A stretch of 64,000 nt of DNA, from positions 36,402,205 through 36,466,204 of the forward strand of contig NC_088855.1 of NCBI RefSeq assembly GCF_963853765.1. Direction: 5' to 3'. The stretch's first letter is position 1; each line of letters begins with the position of its first letter. Source of the stretch: Magallana gigas (lineage: Eukaryota). Made by a program: the position numbers and the translations under genes. The notes beneath the pieces were generated by a model that had not been told where the DNA came from, did not search any database, and saw nothing but the letters and a program-made list of their open reading frames with translations. Below, in pieces: positions 23,701-35,100 of the stretch.

Positions 23701-26700
23701 AAGCTTCTATCACATTTCCTGTCTCTTCTATCCAAGCTTCTATCCCTACTTTTGGTGCTGCAATCCCTGCTGTTATCTCTACTGGATCTTTTATCTCTAC
23801 TGCTGGTTCTACTATCCAAGTTCATATCTCTACTTCTCTCCCTTCTACCCAAGCTACTATTCCTGCTTCTGGTTATACTATCACAGTTTCTAACCCTACT
23901 TCTGTCCCTTCTACCCAAGCTTCTATCCCTTCTTTTGGTGCTATTATCCTTGATTTTGGTTTTACTATCCAAGCTTCTATCCCTACTGTTGGTGCTACTA
24001 TCCCTGCTTCTGGTTATACTATCACAGCTTCTATCCCTTCTTCTGGAACTGTTATCCCTACTTTTGGTGCTACTATCCCGGCTTCTGGTTATACTATTCC
24101 AGCTTCTATCCCCACTTCTTGATCTTCTATCAAAGGTCCTATTATGACTTCTGTCTTTTCTATTCCTACTTTTGGTGCTACTTTCCCTACTTCTTGTTAT
24201 ACTATCCCAGTTTCTATCCCTTATTCTGGATCTAGTAACCCTGATTCTATCCCTACTTCTGGATCTTCTATCCAAGCTCCTATTCATGCTTTTGGTTATA
24301 ATATCCCAGCTTCTATCCCCACTTCTTGATCTTCTATCAAAGGTCCTATTATGACTTCTGTCTTTTCTATTCCTACTTTTGGTGCTACTATCCCGGCTTC
24401 TGGTTATACTATTCCAGCTTCTATCCCCACTTCTTGATCTTCTATCAAAGGTCCTATCATGACTTCTGTCTTTTCTATTCCTACTTTTGGTGCTACTTTC
24501 CCTACTTCTTGTTATACTATCCCAGTTTCTATCCCTTATTCTGGATCTAGTAACCCTGATTCTATCCCTACTTCTGGATCTTCTATCCAAGCTCCTATTC
24601 ATGCTTTTGGTTATAATATCCCAGCTTCTATCCCTACTTCTTAATCTTCTATCCAAGCTCCTATCAATGCTTCTGGTTAAAATATCCCAGCTTCTATCCC
24701 TACTTCTTGATCTTTTATCAAAGTTCCTATCATGACTTCTATCCAAGCTTCTATCCCTTCTTTTGGTGCTACTATCCTTGCTTTTAGTTTTACTATCCCA
24801 GCTTCTATCCATACTTCTGGATCTGTTATCCCTCCTTCTATCCCAGCTTTTATCCCTACTTTTGGTGCTACTATCCCTGCTTCTGGTTATACTATCCAAG
24901 CTTTTTTCTTTGCTTTTGGTGCTTCTATCCCTGCTTCTGGTTATATCATCCAAGCTTCTTTCCTTACTTTTGATGCTACTATCCTTGCTTCTGGTTATAC
25001 TATCCCAGCTTCTATCCCTACTTCTTAATCTTCTATCAAAGCTCCTATCATGACTTCTGTCTCTTCTATTACTACTTTTGGTGCTACTATCCCTGCTTCT
25101 GGATATACTACCCCAGTTTCTATCCCTTATTCTGGATCTAGTAACCCTGCTTCTATCCCTACTTCTGGATCTTCTATCCAAGCTTCTGTTCCTACTTTTG
25201 GTGCTACTATCTCTGCTTCTGGTTATACTATCCCAGCTTCTATCCATACTTCTGGATCTGTTATCCCTCCTTCTATCCCAGCTTTTATCCCTACTTTTGG
25301 TGCTACTATCCCTGCTTCTGGTTATACTATCCAAGCTTTTTTCTTTGCTTTTGGTGCTTCTATCCCTGCTTCTGGTTATATCATCCAAGCTTCTTTCCTT
25401 ACTTTTGATGCTACTATCCTTGCTTCTGGTTATACTATCCCAGCTTCTATCCCTACTTCTTGATCTTCTATCAAAGCTCCTAACATGACTTCTGTCTCTT
25501 CTATTACTACTTTTGGTGCTACTATCCCTGCTTCTGGATATACTACCCCAGTTTCTATCCCTTATTCTGGATCTAGTAACCCTGCTTCTATCCCTACTTC
25601 TGGATCTTCTATCCAAGCTTCTGTTCCTACTTTTGGTGCTACTATCTCTGCTTCTGGTTATACTATCCCAGCTTCTATCCATATTTTTGGTGCTACTTTC
25701 TTCGCTTCTATCACTATTTCTGTCTCGTCTATTCCAGCTCCTATCCCTACTTCTGTCTCTTCTATGCCAGCTCCTATCACAACTTCTGACTCCTCTTTCT
25801 TCTTGTCTACTGTTATATTTCCTGTTTCTACTCCTTCCTCTTCTCTTAAAAACTGGACTTTTACTACTTTTAAAACTTTGATCTTCACTTTGCAAATATC
25901 TATTTCTTTTTTCTGAACCCGTGCCTTCTGAATAATTAGATTTTTCTTGTTCTCCATATCTCTTAATTATATTAACACTACTCTCATTTTCCTCAATATC
26001 TCTCTCATTTTCCTCAATGTCTTCATTTTCATCAAAGCATTTGTCTATTGGTCTAGGTCTTCTCTCTAAACTACTTCCCCTGTCATCATCCACCTCAAAA
26101 TCATCATCTTCACTGTCAGATTCAACATGAATATCACCATCTGAATATTCTTCGTCTGCTTTCTGATCTATATTGCCAGTGAAACTTTGTGGTGGCACGG
26201 TTTGAGAGACTGCTTCTGTAGTGGAGAAGTATGTTTGTGATATGGTGGGATTGTATGCTGGTGAGGTGGGACTGTATGCTGGTGAGGTGGGACTGTATGC
26301 TGGTGAGGTGGGACAAAATCCTGCTGAGGTAGAACCATATGCTGGTGAAGCAGGACTGAATGCTGGTGGGGTAAAACTGTTTGTATGAATGGTAGGAGTT
26401 AAAGTAGCCCTTAAGGAATAGCCCCTTTTCTTAGAAGCACTGGAACTTTGAATTGTTGATTTTAAAATCTGATTTAATTCCATAAGAGAGGAATTTTGTA
26501 CAACTTCATCTGGCTCATTTTCCTTTTGTGTTACATCAATGTCAAACTCTACATTATCTAAGTCTGATTCATTGAGTACTGCTGTTATTGACACACCTGT
26601 GGTGTTGCCAACATCATTCAACTGTTCAGCTATTACATTTGGTCCTTCTTGCTGATCCACCAAACTTTTCTGGTATTCCTATAATATAACAGAGATAGCC

Positions 26701-27870
26701 GAAATTTTTATAAGTTTTTTTTATCACATTTCTTGGTGTAAACAGACATGTATTTCTCAAAATGTCCTTTTTATGTGCCATCCAAATAAAAATCATATTT
26801 TTATTTCATTTTTTGAAAAAATCCTCACTTCTGGTATAGGTATTTACTACTTCAATTGTACAGTTTGCTTTCGTCTCTATTAAACACAAACTATTAAAAA
26901 AAATGGACATTGTTGCTGTTACTTTTAACTTCTTTGATATTCAGACTATCTTTAGGGTCAAAGTAACTGAATTATCATTTAGAGTTAAAAGATTCTAAAA
27001 TGCAATGTCCTCCATGATACTATTCAAAGTACATACGGTAAAACTTGTTTAGTGCGAACACGGATATAGCGAATTCTTGGATATAGCGAAGTTTTTTTGA
27101 GTCCCCGGTAAAATTCTTAACAAATCTTTGCAAAATTTTTCAGTTATAACGAATTCTCATATAACGAATATACGGATATAGCGAACTGATTTTGAATCCC
27201 GTAGAGGTGAATAAAAACGAAATTTAACAGCTTTATAATGAATTTCTTAACAGTTTAAAAAAGTTTGCAATACCATTAAACAAAATAGTTTGAATGAATT
27301 TATTTTCATATGTTTTTTTCAATTCACAATTCGATTATTAAAGGTATCAAAGTAATGTTTTTGTTATTTTAAGCCTCAATTATCAAAAATTATTGTCTTG
27401 TGAAAGAAAACGTGTATATAATGAATTCGCTATAGATATTATTACGAATTCATTATACGGATATAACGAATTACGGATATAACGAAGTAATTCCATTAGT
27501 CCCTAGGACTTCGCTATAACCGAGTTTTGCTATGGTGTTCATGTCAATTATAAAGCATGATTAAAAAAAAACTGGGTGATGCATAGATAAAGTAAGAAAA
27601 TCAAATGAAAAAGAATTAACATGTACATATTAAAAATAATGCTTATATCCACAGCCATTAGGTATTATTTCAACCCCAATAGTTCTCTGGGGACTTTTAT
27701 TTGCATATACATGTAATACTTGAGCAAGGTTAAATTATACTTGTAGATATATCTCCTCATTAAATTAATTTTCATTTAACAAAAATTAAATGTACCATTT
27801 GGTTTGTATGAACTTTATCCATTTTCTCCAGAAATCCCAGCTCTTCTGCCTCTTTTTCACTTAAACATTT
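17744..27870 (-). CDS. Multi-exon gene with an SR-related N-terminal giant exon and conserved globular C-terminal exons. Its identity is unresolved and its 5' start was not found.
   Basis: Minus-strand exon candidates, each with GT-AG boundaries, are:
- about 27780-27870, encoding KKCLSEKEAEELGFLEKMDKVHTNQM
- the giant exon at 22586-26678
- 22380-22463, encoding ELLNSLCLYESQFEAPVGNGDFEVHCWT, which is phase-compatible with the giant exon's donor G|gtgaga
- about 21903-21984
- about 20441-20600
- about 19385-19540, encoding IGCIQIEEPKGHFELVLAIPHSMSETILFLIPEDGKAVAEQLEEFVKEHKMQ
- about 18960-19020
- about 18770-18830, encoding DAPYIDMWKSVWDKDGTMNFRYLPPLNE
- about 18400-18510, encoding DGLWRLDKDLAKGLAISAEKLEQLLKNQ
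- the terminal exon at 17744-18055, encoding ...KEVVSIGFDFPLEASIQLGNRKPIWTPYIRDLDLGKNLTHLVDCLLQSLF*. Confidence 0.5.
19950..20400. repeat. Minisatellite of about 31-bp units (gtgacagtgatgagaaatgtgagatgttcct), 12 or more copies, intronic.
   Basis: The tandem repeat is visible directly. The plus-strand ORF 20050-20250 is simply its translation (SCDSDEKC...), not a gene. Confidence 0.85.
20690..20872. mobile_element. MITE with terminal inverted repeats. It belongs to the same family as 27037-27545.
   Basis: The termini are acagtaaaacacggttatagcgaacacgcttataa... on the left and ...cgttataagcgtgttttactgta on the right. Confidence 0.5.
22586..26678 (-). CDS. Giant 4.1-kb single coding exon. It encodes an acidic N-terminal region, RNA-Pol-II-CTD-like heptads (SPAYSPTSPAYSPTSPAYNPT) and then about 1,100 aa of RS/RD/RSW-rich tandem repeats, so it is an SR-related protein domain.
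   Basis: This is an uninterrupted 1364-codon ORF in AT-rich DNA. The ORF track's 'M' start is actually TTG, and an in-frame TAG sits just upstream (plus strand 26679-26681). The exon therefore begins at the acceptor ttatattatag|GAATACCAG, so there are upstream exons. The 3' end has the donor GAAG|gtgaga (plus strand 22580-22585). The DNA is internally tandem-repetitive: the identical plus-strand ORFs 24144-24329 and 24459-24644 reveal a 315-bp period, and 25050 versus 25485 reveal a 435-bp period. The three 21-bp heptad-coding units lie at about 26236-26330. Confidence 0.65.
27037..27545. mobile_element. MITE-family member of about 500 bp, the longer relative of the element at 20690-20872.
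   Basis: The termini are tacggtaaaacttgtttagtgcgaacacggatatagcgaa on the left and cgctataaccgagttttgctatggt on the right. The internal motif cggatat(a/g)acgaa recurs. Confidence 0.45.
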
Positions 27871-29489
27871 CTTCTTTTTCTTTTTTTCTTCAACGAATTA
27901 AATGATACCAAGATACAGTTATGTACTCCTCTATGAAAATGTATACAAACTACTGCTTGTTGTGTCATTAATAAACTTCTGTACAAAGCTAGGTTTTCTT
28001 TTAAAAGCACAGCTTGTAGTCTTAATGTCAAATACTGTAAATTCCTTATTTTACGTGGGTACTTAAATCTGCATTTCCGTTGCTTTGTATCAAATCGCGA
28101 GAATAAAAAATCACGATCAAAACTGTCTGAAAAATTAAAGCGAGACTTTAAAATCGGTGAGGGTTAATTCCTCATGTTTAATTAGGAAACTACAGTGTGA
28201 TAACAATGCCTTTAGAATTGGTAAGTGGCTGATCAACCTTTTTAATCAAGCTTTATATACTACCATCTATTCAAATGGAATCTAATTCAATAATCATTTT
28301 ATTGGTAAATTGTTACTTTCAAGAGATGATTTTAAAGATTGTTGAAGGCAATAGATTAAAATTGTTTCTTGCTAGCATTCACCACGATACACTGGGATAA
28401 ATTTTAACAGTATGACACAAAATCTGTGATGTCTCTATCCCCACTAAAAATTTGAACTAAACAGCTAATCCATAACTGTACATGTATCATACTTATACTC
28501 AGTAATCCTATTTTTTCCTGATAAACAAATCTTCTTCGAGGTTACTTAACAATTCCATGCTATAATCAAAGTTTCCTAGTTTAAACAGTCAGTAAATTGA
28601 AATCCTTGCTTGGACAAGGAGTCTAAATTTCCATAAATGTTTAGTTTGGTTGCAACATAATTCAATAAAGAACCTTTAACTTTCAGTATCAAAATTATGA
28701 GAGATTTAAGAATTCTAAATTGAAAAGGCCTTCCTTTTTGTTGAGAGAGATACATGTAGTACATGTATATCTGTTTGAGTTAAAAATTGCTACTTACTTT
28801 TAAAACATGATTGAAGTTCATCAGATGTCAGATCTACAGGCAGCTAAACAAAACAAAAACTCCATCATAGAATTCTTCATGCATGCATTTACTCATAGTA
28901 CATATGTATATAAGTATATACTAGTAACTAAGGTTATTAAATTATTCACAAGCTAAAATGTATCTAATAGCAAATACTAAATCATTCCTTTATTTACTAC
29001 AATTAAAGATAATTATTCCTCAGATACCAAAATCTTAATAAAATATATTACATCTCAAACTCTTGTAAACTTTGAAGTTAATTAAAATCACAAAATGTAA
29101 TGCAGCTTGAATTTTTCAACAATTCAAGTTCAGCATAAATCTGCTTTGAATTTCTTTTCAAACATAAAGATCATCTTCAGAGGTCTTTGTGTCCTTTCAC
29201 ACTGATAACACAATTTTAATGCATGCAGATATTGAACAAGCATAGTATGCTGTTATAATTACTATTCATGGATTACAAAGTCATTAAAAAAAAAAAAAAA
29301 TTGAACTGGAATAGTTTTCCATTCAAGAAAAATCATTTGTTTATAAAACTACATCCTCACAAACTGGTGAAATTTGGACTGTCATGGAAAAATGGTACTC
29401 TTATTCATTCAATTTCAAAGCACTGTCTGCTCTAGCTAGTGAACAGTGACTTTTCAATCTTACCGGTACCTATATTTGATTCTACTTAC

Positions 29490-30565
29490 CGTTACACTGT
29501 AGATTGGGGTATCACTTGGACTAGAGCTTGCCTGGTGATGCATAGTAGGAGGAGGTGCACCTCCTCTCAAACGTTGAACCATAAAAATAATGGAATGTTC
29601 TCTCATATCTGGAAAACCATAGGAGTATAAATGAATGTACATTGTAGGTAGTGTGCAAAGGTTACAAGGAATATTGTGATGTTGCTCAACATTATCATAT
29701 TCCTCGTAATCTTAGTACAGTGTATTTATATGAAATACTGAAACCAACTTTATTCGCAACAACTTTATTTCGCGATTTACCAAAGATAAAACCTTTTGCA
29801 GCAACTAATTTTTGCCATCAAGTCACAGATTACTTAAAAATATATACACCAGAGAAATAGCTGGTCGGCGGTGAGAAATACTTGCGTCAACAAGGCTGTT
29901 GCGAACAGCGGGATTTTCTCGCATGCGAATAAAAGTTAGTTTACAGTACATATGCATGTACATATGTTCAGTTTATATACATGAACAATGCTGCAGTGAA
30001 CATGCATATACTTTGGTTTAATATTAAATCACAACAAATGCCCAAATTGTACAGTGAGGTATATGTACATGCAGTACTATATTGTTACTAACAATGATCA
30101 AATACTTTTTTTTTAATATTTAATGCTCTTGAATTCTACTGAATCCTGACAAACTCTAGTTATAAAAACCACTTAGGCAGCAAACCTATAGCAATGTATT
30201 TCAAGCTTCATACATGAATAATGATAAACAAACAATCTCTTGATACAGTACATATTTTGGGTTTTTTCAGACTTAATTATCAAATAATTGTTTCGAAGAA
30301 GTTTCAGTTTTTAATTAATCTAATCATGTTTCTACAGGCATTTATCTGGCAGAAATAAACGTTACTTAATACACACAAAAATCACAAATTAATATATGAC
30401 CTAAATTGTCTGTGTCCTCTAGTAGTTTTCCATGATGAATTAATCGTATGCTGCTCTCAGGCAGACCCTCTTTCTCCATGATTTCTAACTTTAATTGAGC
30501 CACTGTGCCGGCCACAACAGGAATGGACCTCCCAGTCAGAGTTCGCACCTCAAGCTGTTTAGGAA
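29490..30565 (-). CDS. Two exons (30401-30565 and 29490-29608) encoding a ubiquitin-like domain. They are either extra 3' exons of the PARP4-like gene or part of a separate UBL-domain gene.
   Basis: The spliced peptide is VPKQLEVRTLTGRSIPVVAGTVAQLKLEIMEKEGLPESSIRLIHHGKLLEDTDNLG-DMREHSIIFMVQRLRGGAPPPTMHHQASSSPSDTPIYSVT. It is ubiquitin-like end to end: compare ubiquitin TLTGKTITLEV...[44 protein letters not shown]. The donors are G|gtcata and ACG|gtaagt, and the acceptors are ccag| and ttccag|. More same-strand exons lie upstream at about 30930-31015 and 31270-31430. Confidence 0.55.
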
Positions 30566-32169
30566 CTGGGAGGAAAAATTACATTATACTGAAATACAGT
30601 ACTGTAAATGTACGATAGTGATATTTGGTGAAAATTGATTTATTCAACAGGTTAGCATAGATTTGATTTAGTGTATATTTGGATAAACTATTTATATTAA
30701 TGTATGCATGTTATTTGCAATGTACAGTATTTAATTTTAGTGAAGTGGCTTTCTGGCGAAAAAATGTTAAATAGAATACACTAGCTGCCAAATGCGAAAC
30801 ATTTACAGTAGTTCATCAGATTTTATGAAAGGATCAAAATGTTTATCGATTTCATTGAATACTGACAGAGAATCATAAATTTATTCAGGTAAGATGTGTG
30901 TCTAAGATAATTCAACTTAAGACCTACTGGATAAATATTTATGGAACTGTTGCTGAAGTGCTTGAGCTTTTTCTGAGTGCTGACTGCTAAAAAACTCGTC
31001 TGACCTCTCCAAGACCTGCGACAAACATGAACACAACAAAATATGTAAAGGTTTATATACCAAACCCATCTTAATTGCTAGCCAAAGGATTTATAATCAC
31101 AGCGGATAATAAACCATTGGCTGGCAAAAAAAGTACTTAACTAAGCAATCATCAGCAATGAAAACATAATTTATCAATTATGAAGAATTTTTAAAGATAA
31201 AAAATGGTCCCGAAATAATATTGTTGTTATTTAATTTGTAAAGAAATCCCTGTCTTTGGATCCACCACTAGCTGACCTTTTGTAGCATGTCCTTGTTGTC
31301 CTCCTGCAACAGATCCTTTCTGTAATCCAGCACAGACAGGTAGCACCTCTCCACCTCCAGCTGCGAGAAGCTCTCAGCAATGCTTGCCCTATGTAGTAGT
31401 TCCTCTACACACTCCAATGGATCCTACCAGTATTTAGTATTTGGGTTAAAATATTGATTGCACATTAATGACCTTGCATATAACCCATTCAAAATTTCCA
31501 TGATGTGTATTGATATGCACTTTATCATTCATTTGAACATCTTTGATGATATGGCGGGATGTCATTCTGCAATGTTTTAATTGAATCACTGGCAAATTAA
31601 TGCTTTTTTATTGTAACATTATATTTCTTCCTTTGTTCCACAACAAAACCATATATTTACATCTACCGAGTATGATTTCCTCTATTTCTTACGGAAACTT
31701 ATTGTTAATTCATTGCTCTATAGAAACTGACACAACTGAAATCTACACGCCCATACATTGATTGGTTGAAACCTACAGCGACTGAAACTGACAGGACTGA
31801 AAACTACACGCCCTGTTTATCGATTGGTTGAAACCTACAGCAACCTAAGAAAAATTACAGACTGCACAAAATAATCATGACGTATACATATACATATCCT
31901 ACATGAATACCCTAAGGAAGCATTTTGTTGTTTAAAATTGGCTGCTCTATCTGAAAATTTCTCTAATCATATATTTATATATTCATCAAAGACAATATTT
32001 TCTTAGAAATAAGCCTTAATCTAAGCACAAAGTACTAAATAAGTGGATTGATACATGTATGTTCTATCACAATTCTCCCTACAGTATACTGATACTCTCA
32101 GAGGAAAGAATACAAATTGGATGCTTTGCTATCAGGGTTACTAAAATAGTACAGGTGTTTTTCTATCTA

Positions 32170-35100
32170 TTTGTACCTTTTCATCCATATTATCCGCATT
32201 GATCCATCCCATGTAGGTAAGATTATCCACAGATTCATTGTTTACTAGCTCTTCAATACTTGGACCCTCAGTTGTTTCCCCCTAAAATAATAAATCATTT
32301 TCTATATTTTTTTAGTTACAGGTGATACACATGATCATACATGTACATTGTTTTTAAAATGTATATTCATCATAAACCATATTTGCAAATACAAAAGTAC
32401 ATATATCAGTACTTAAAATATAAAATATCAGGTGTTCAGGAACTTTGCAATGTTCCATACAATTGCCACAAACTGCTCTGGTACAATTTTTGCAATTTCA
32501 AAATATCAAACATGACCCAGTGAAAGATCCCTTATATTCTACCTCTGTCCTCTCTTCTATGGCTACAAAACTGGTGTATGGAGTCACAATTCCAAACTCT
32601 TTGCTGAGCTCAATGATATGCTGCTTTCTTTCTTGTTTAATTAACTGAAAGAAAAAACCCAGTTCATCAGTAAAATCGAATTCCAGATCTTGATTTATTT
32701 GACAAGAACTCTGGTCAAATTTCAAATTTTACTTTTACAAACCAAATTATTTTGATGTTTCACTAACATGCAAGATGATTTTAACAGAGAGAATTGGGGA
32801 TCCTGAATAATTTTAACATGTGTGATTTATTTTAATGTATATAAGATGTAGATATGAAGAATTACAGTGTGCATGATCAGTGCCATACCTTGTGGTGAAG
32901 TTTGCTGTCACTCAGAACCCCGTCCTCATAATCTCTTATAACAGCCCGGGCCGCCAACTGATGCAGCATCTAACGGTACAGAACAGAAAGTGCATAAATA
33001 GCAAATGTTAAATCTTTCAGTTCATGTTCATAGATGAAATTAAATGACATTTGAAATACTCAAAACTCTACCAATCTTAACATTGACTATTTCAAGAATC
33101 ATAGCAGTTTGTAGGTATTGGTCAATAATCATCTATTTACACTTATGAAACTTCCTTTTCAACCTGTAAATCTAGGACTGGCTCCGTCGTCACTTTCCTC
33201 AAGTCAATACTCAGCCTCAAATCTGAGGTTTTTCCTCAAATTTTTATGTGCTTTAATTTCTTTAAAGTATTTGAGCCGAGGAATGAGTTGAGTGATTAGA
33301 AAATATTTTGGTGACGGTGGAGCAAGGTCAGTCTATATTTGCCCTGTATATTATTACCTTAATACTGTAGTTTTGCATGGTGATTAAACAGAAAATTTGA
33401 TACCATTTGTCATATTAATGCTTCTTTACCTTTCCCTCTGTGAAGTTCAGCTCTGTTGTAGAAACAATTGTTTCAAATTCCTGTTCATCAACCTTTGCCT
33501 TTAAAATTGCCTATAAAGAATAAACTATGAATGAAATAATCTTTCAAATATAATAAATCAACACAAATGATTACAGTTCCTAAAAAATAAACCTATATTA
33601 GTTTTTATATACATGTACAAGCACTTTTACTTATCAAATATCAAACTTATTTCCTAGACTGCTTCACAATTATCTCCCCTTGAAATCTGTACAATGTATT
33701 TTGGTTTGAAAAAAAAAAACCCACTTTAAATCAACAACGAATTGCATAGTAATTTAATAACATACCTACATGTACATGTAAATTAACAAAAAATGTCATT
33801 CTTTCAAAACATACCTGTGTGCAATTCTTGACAAATCCATACACCACAAGCCTATTTGCACTGAACAGGCTGGGGATCTTACAGGGAGCCTGAAGGGGTG
33901 GATCTAGTTTATCAGTGAGCGGGCCCCACTCCACCTGCACCTGGGAGATCCCAGGCCGTGTAGCTTGGTCCATTTGTAATGCAATCTGTAAATACACCCA
34001 CAGAAGCATACACTTATGTACCCTGGAAAAAACCCATCTCTCTCTCTCTCTCTCTCTCTCAATAAGAAGCACCTATAAAAATAAGTTAGCAATAGTCTTC
34101 AAATCCAATCCAATCATTACAATAAACACTTTAATTTAACATGAAAAAAAGTTCCACCTGTTATTTACCTTTGACTGCCAGTTAGATTTGGTTTTGCTGT
34201 TGAAGTATTCATATGTCCCACCTCCATAATTAGCTAAACTCCGTAATGTATGACTGTCCCTATTACTTCTAAAATGATATCACCACAACATTTTTGATTA
34301 ATAAAAAGATCATTTTAAAATTGTTCCATTTTCCAACCATTTTATCAATGTTCACTACTGGTGTTATTGAATGTTTAATAAAGCACAGAAATATCTTTCA
34401 GATATTCAGGATAAATCTTGCAATTATGGGATGTGTATCTTTATTGGCAACATCAAGCATATTCAAACTAAAGGTTTTAGAAACATAAGTATAATATACA
34501 AATATTTTCACTATTATTTTATAATTTCTATCAGGTGAACAAACACACTTACCAGTCTGTAACATAGAGCATGTTTACTTACCCAACACCCATGCAGAAC
34601 AGCCTATTTTTGGAGGAATGTTTGGCAACAGTTTCAAAAAGCCCCTCATTTCCTACAAATCCATCAGAGATCAGGAAGATGCTTCTACTGCCCTCTGCTG
34701 GACTTAGTAAGTACAGAGATTTCAGGGGAGATAACACATCACTGCAGCCCATCACAGGATTGGCTCTCTGAAATAATAACATGATAATACAAATATTTTA
34801 TCAGATGAATAATAGATGTAATATACATGTATATTACAAACATACATATATAAAAAGAAAATTCTACGGTTACTTGATGTGTATCTTAATTGTTATACAC
34901 TAGGTATAGCACATGTGTTTAAGAAATCTCATACATGTGTTATGAACATTATATGCATAAATACATGTACATGACAATGGTTACATGCATTTTCAACATG
35001 TCAGAAAATTGAGCCTTTATCCCTTTACAACCAAGTCTAAACAAACCTCAATATATTTCATGGCCTCATTAGTTGAATTCTTTGTAATTCTATGAGGAAA

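Noticed and set aside
22679-25957. Many long alternative-frame ORFs on both strands inside the giant RS exon. Examples are the minus-strand ORF 22679-23713 (EAGIEE...) and plus-strand leucine/serine-rich ORFs such as 23620-24147 and 25078-25488.
   Set aside because: They are translations of the same tandem repeats in other frames or in antisense. Their periodic low-complexity composition, and their complete overlap with the 1364-codon frame, make them artefacts.
26661-26663. The start 'M' annotated by the ORF track for the 1364-aa ORF.
   Set aside because: The codon is TTG, not ATG. An in-frame TAG lies five codons upstream and coincides with a strong acceptor (ttatattatag|), so the ORF is an internal exon rather than a translation start.
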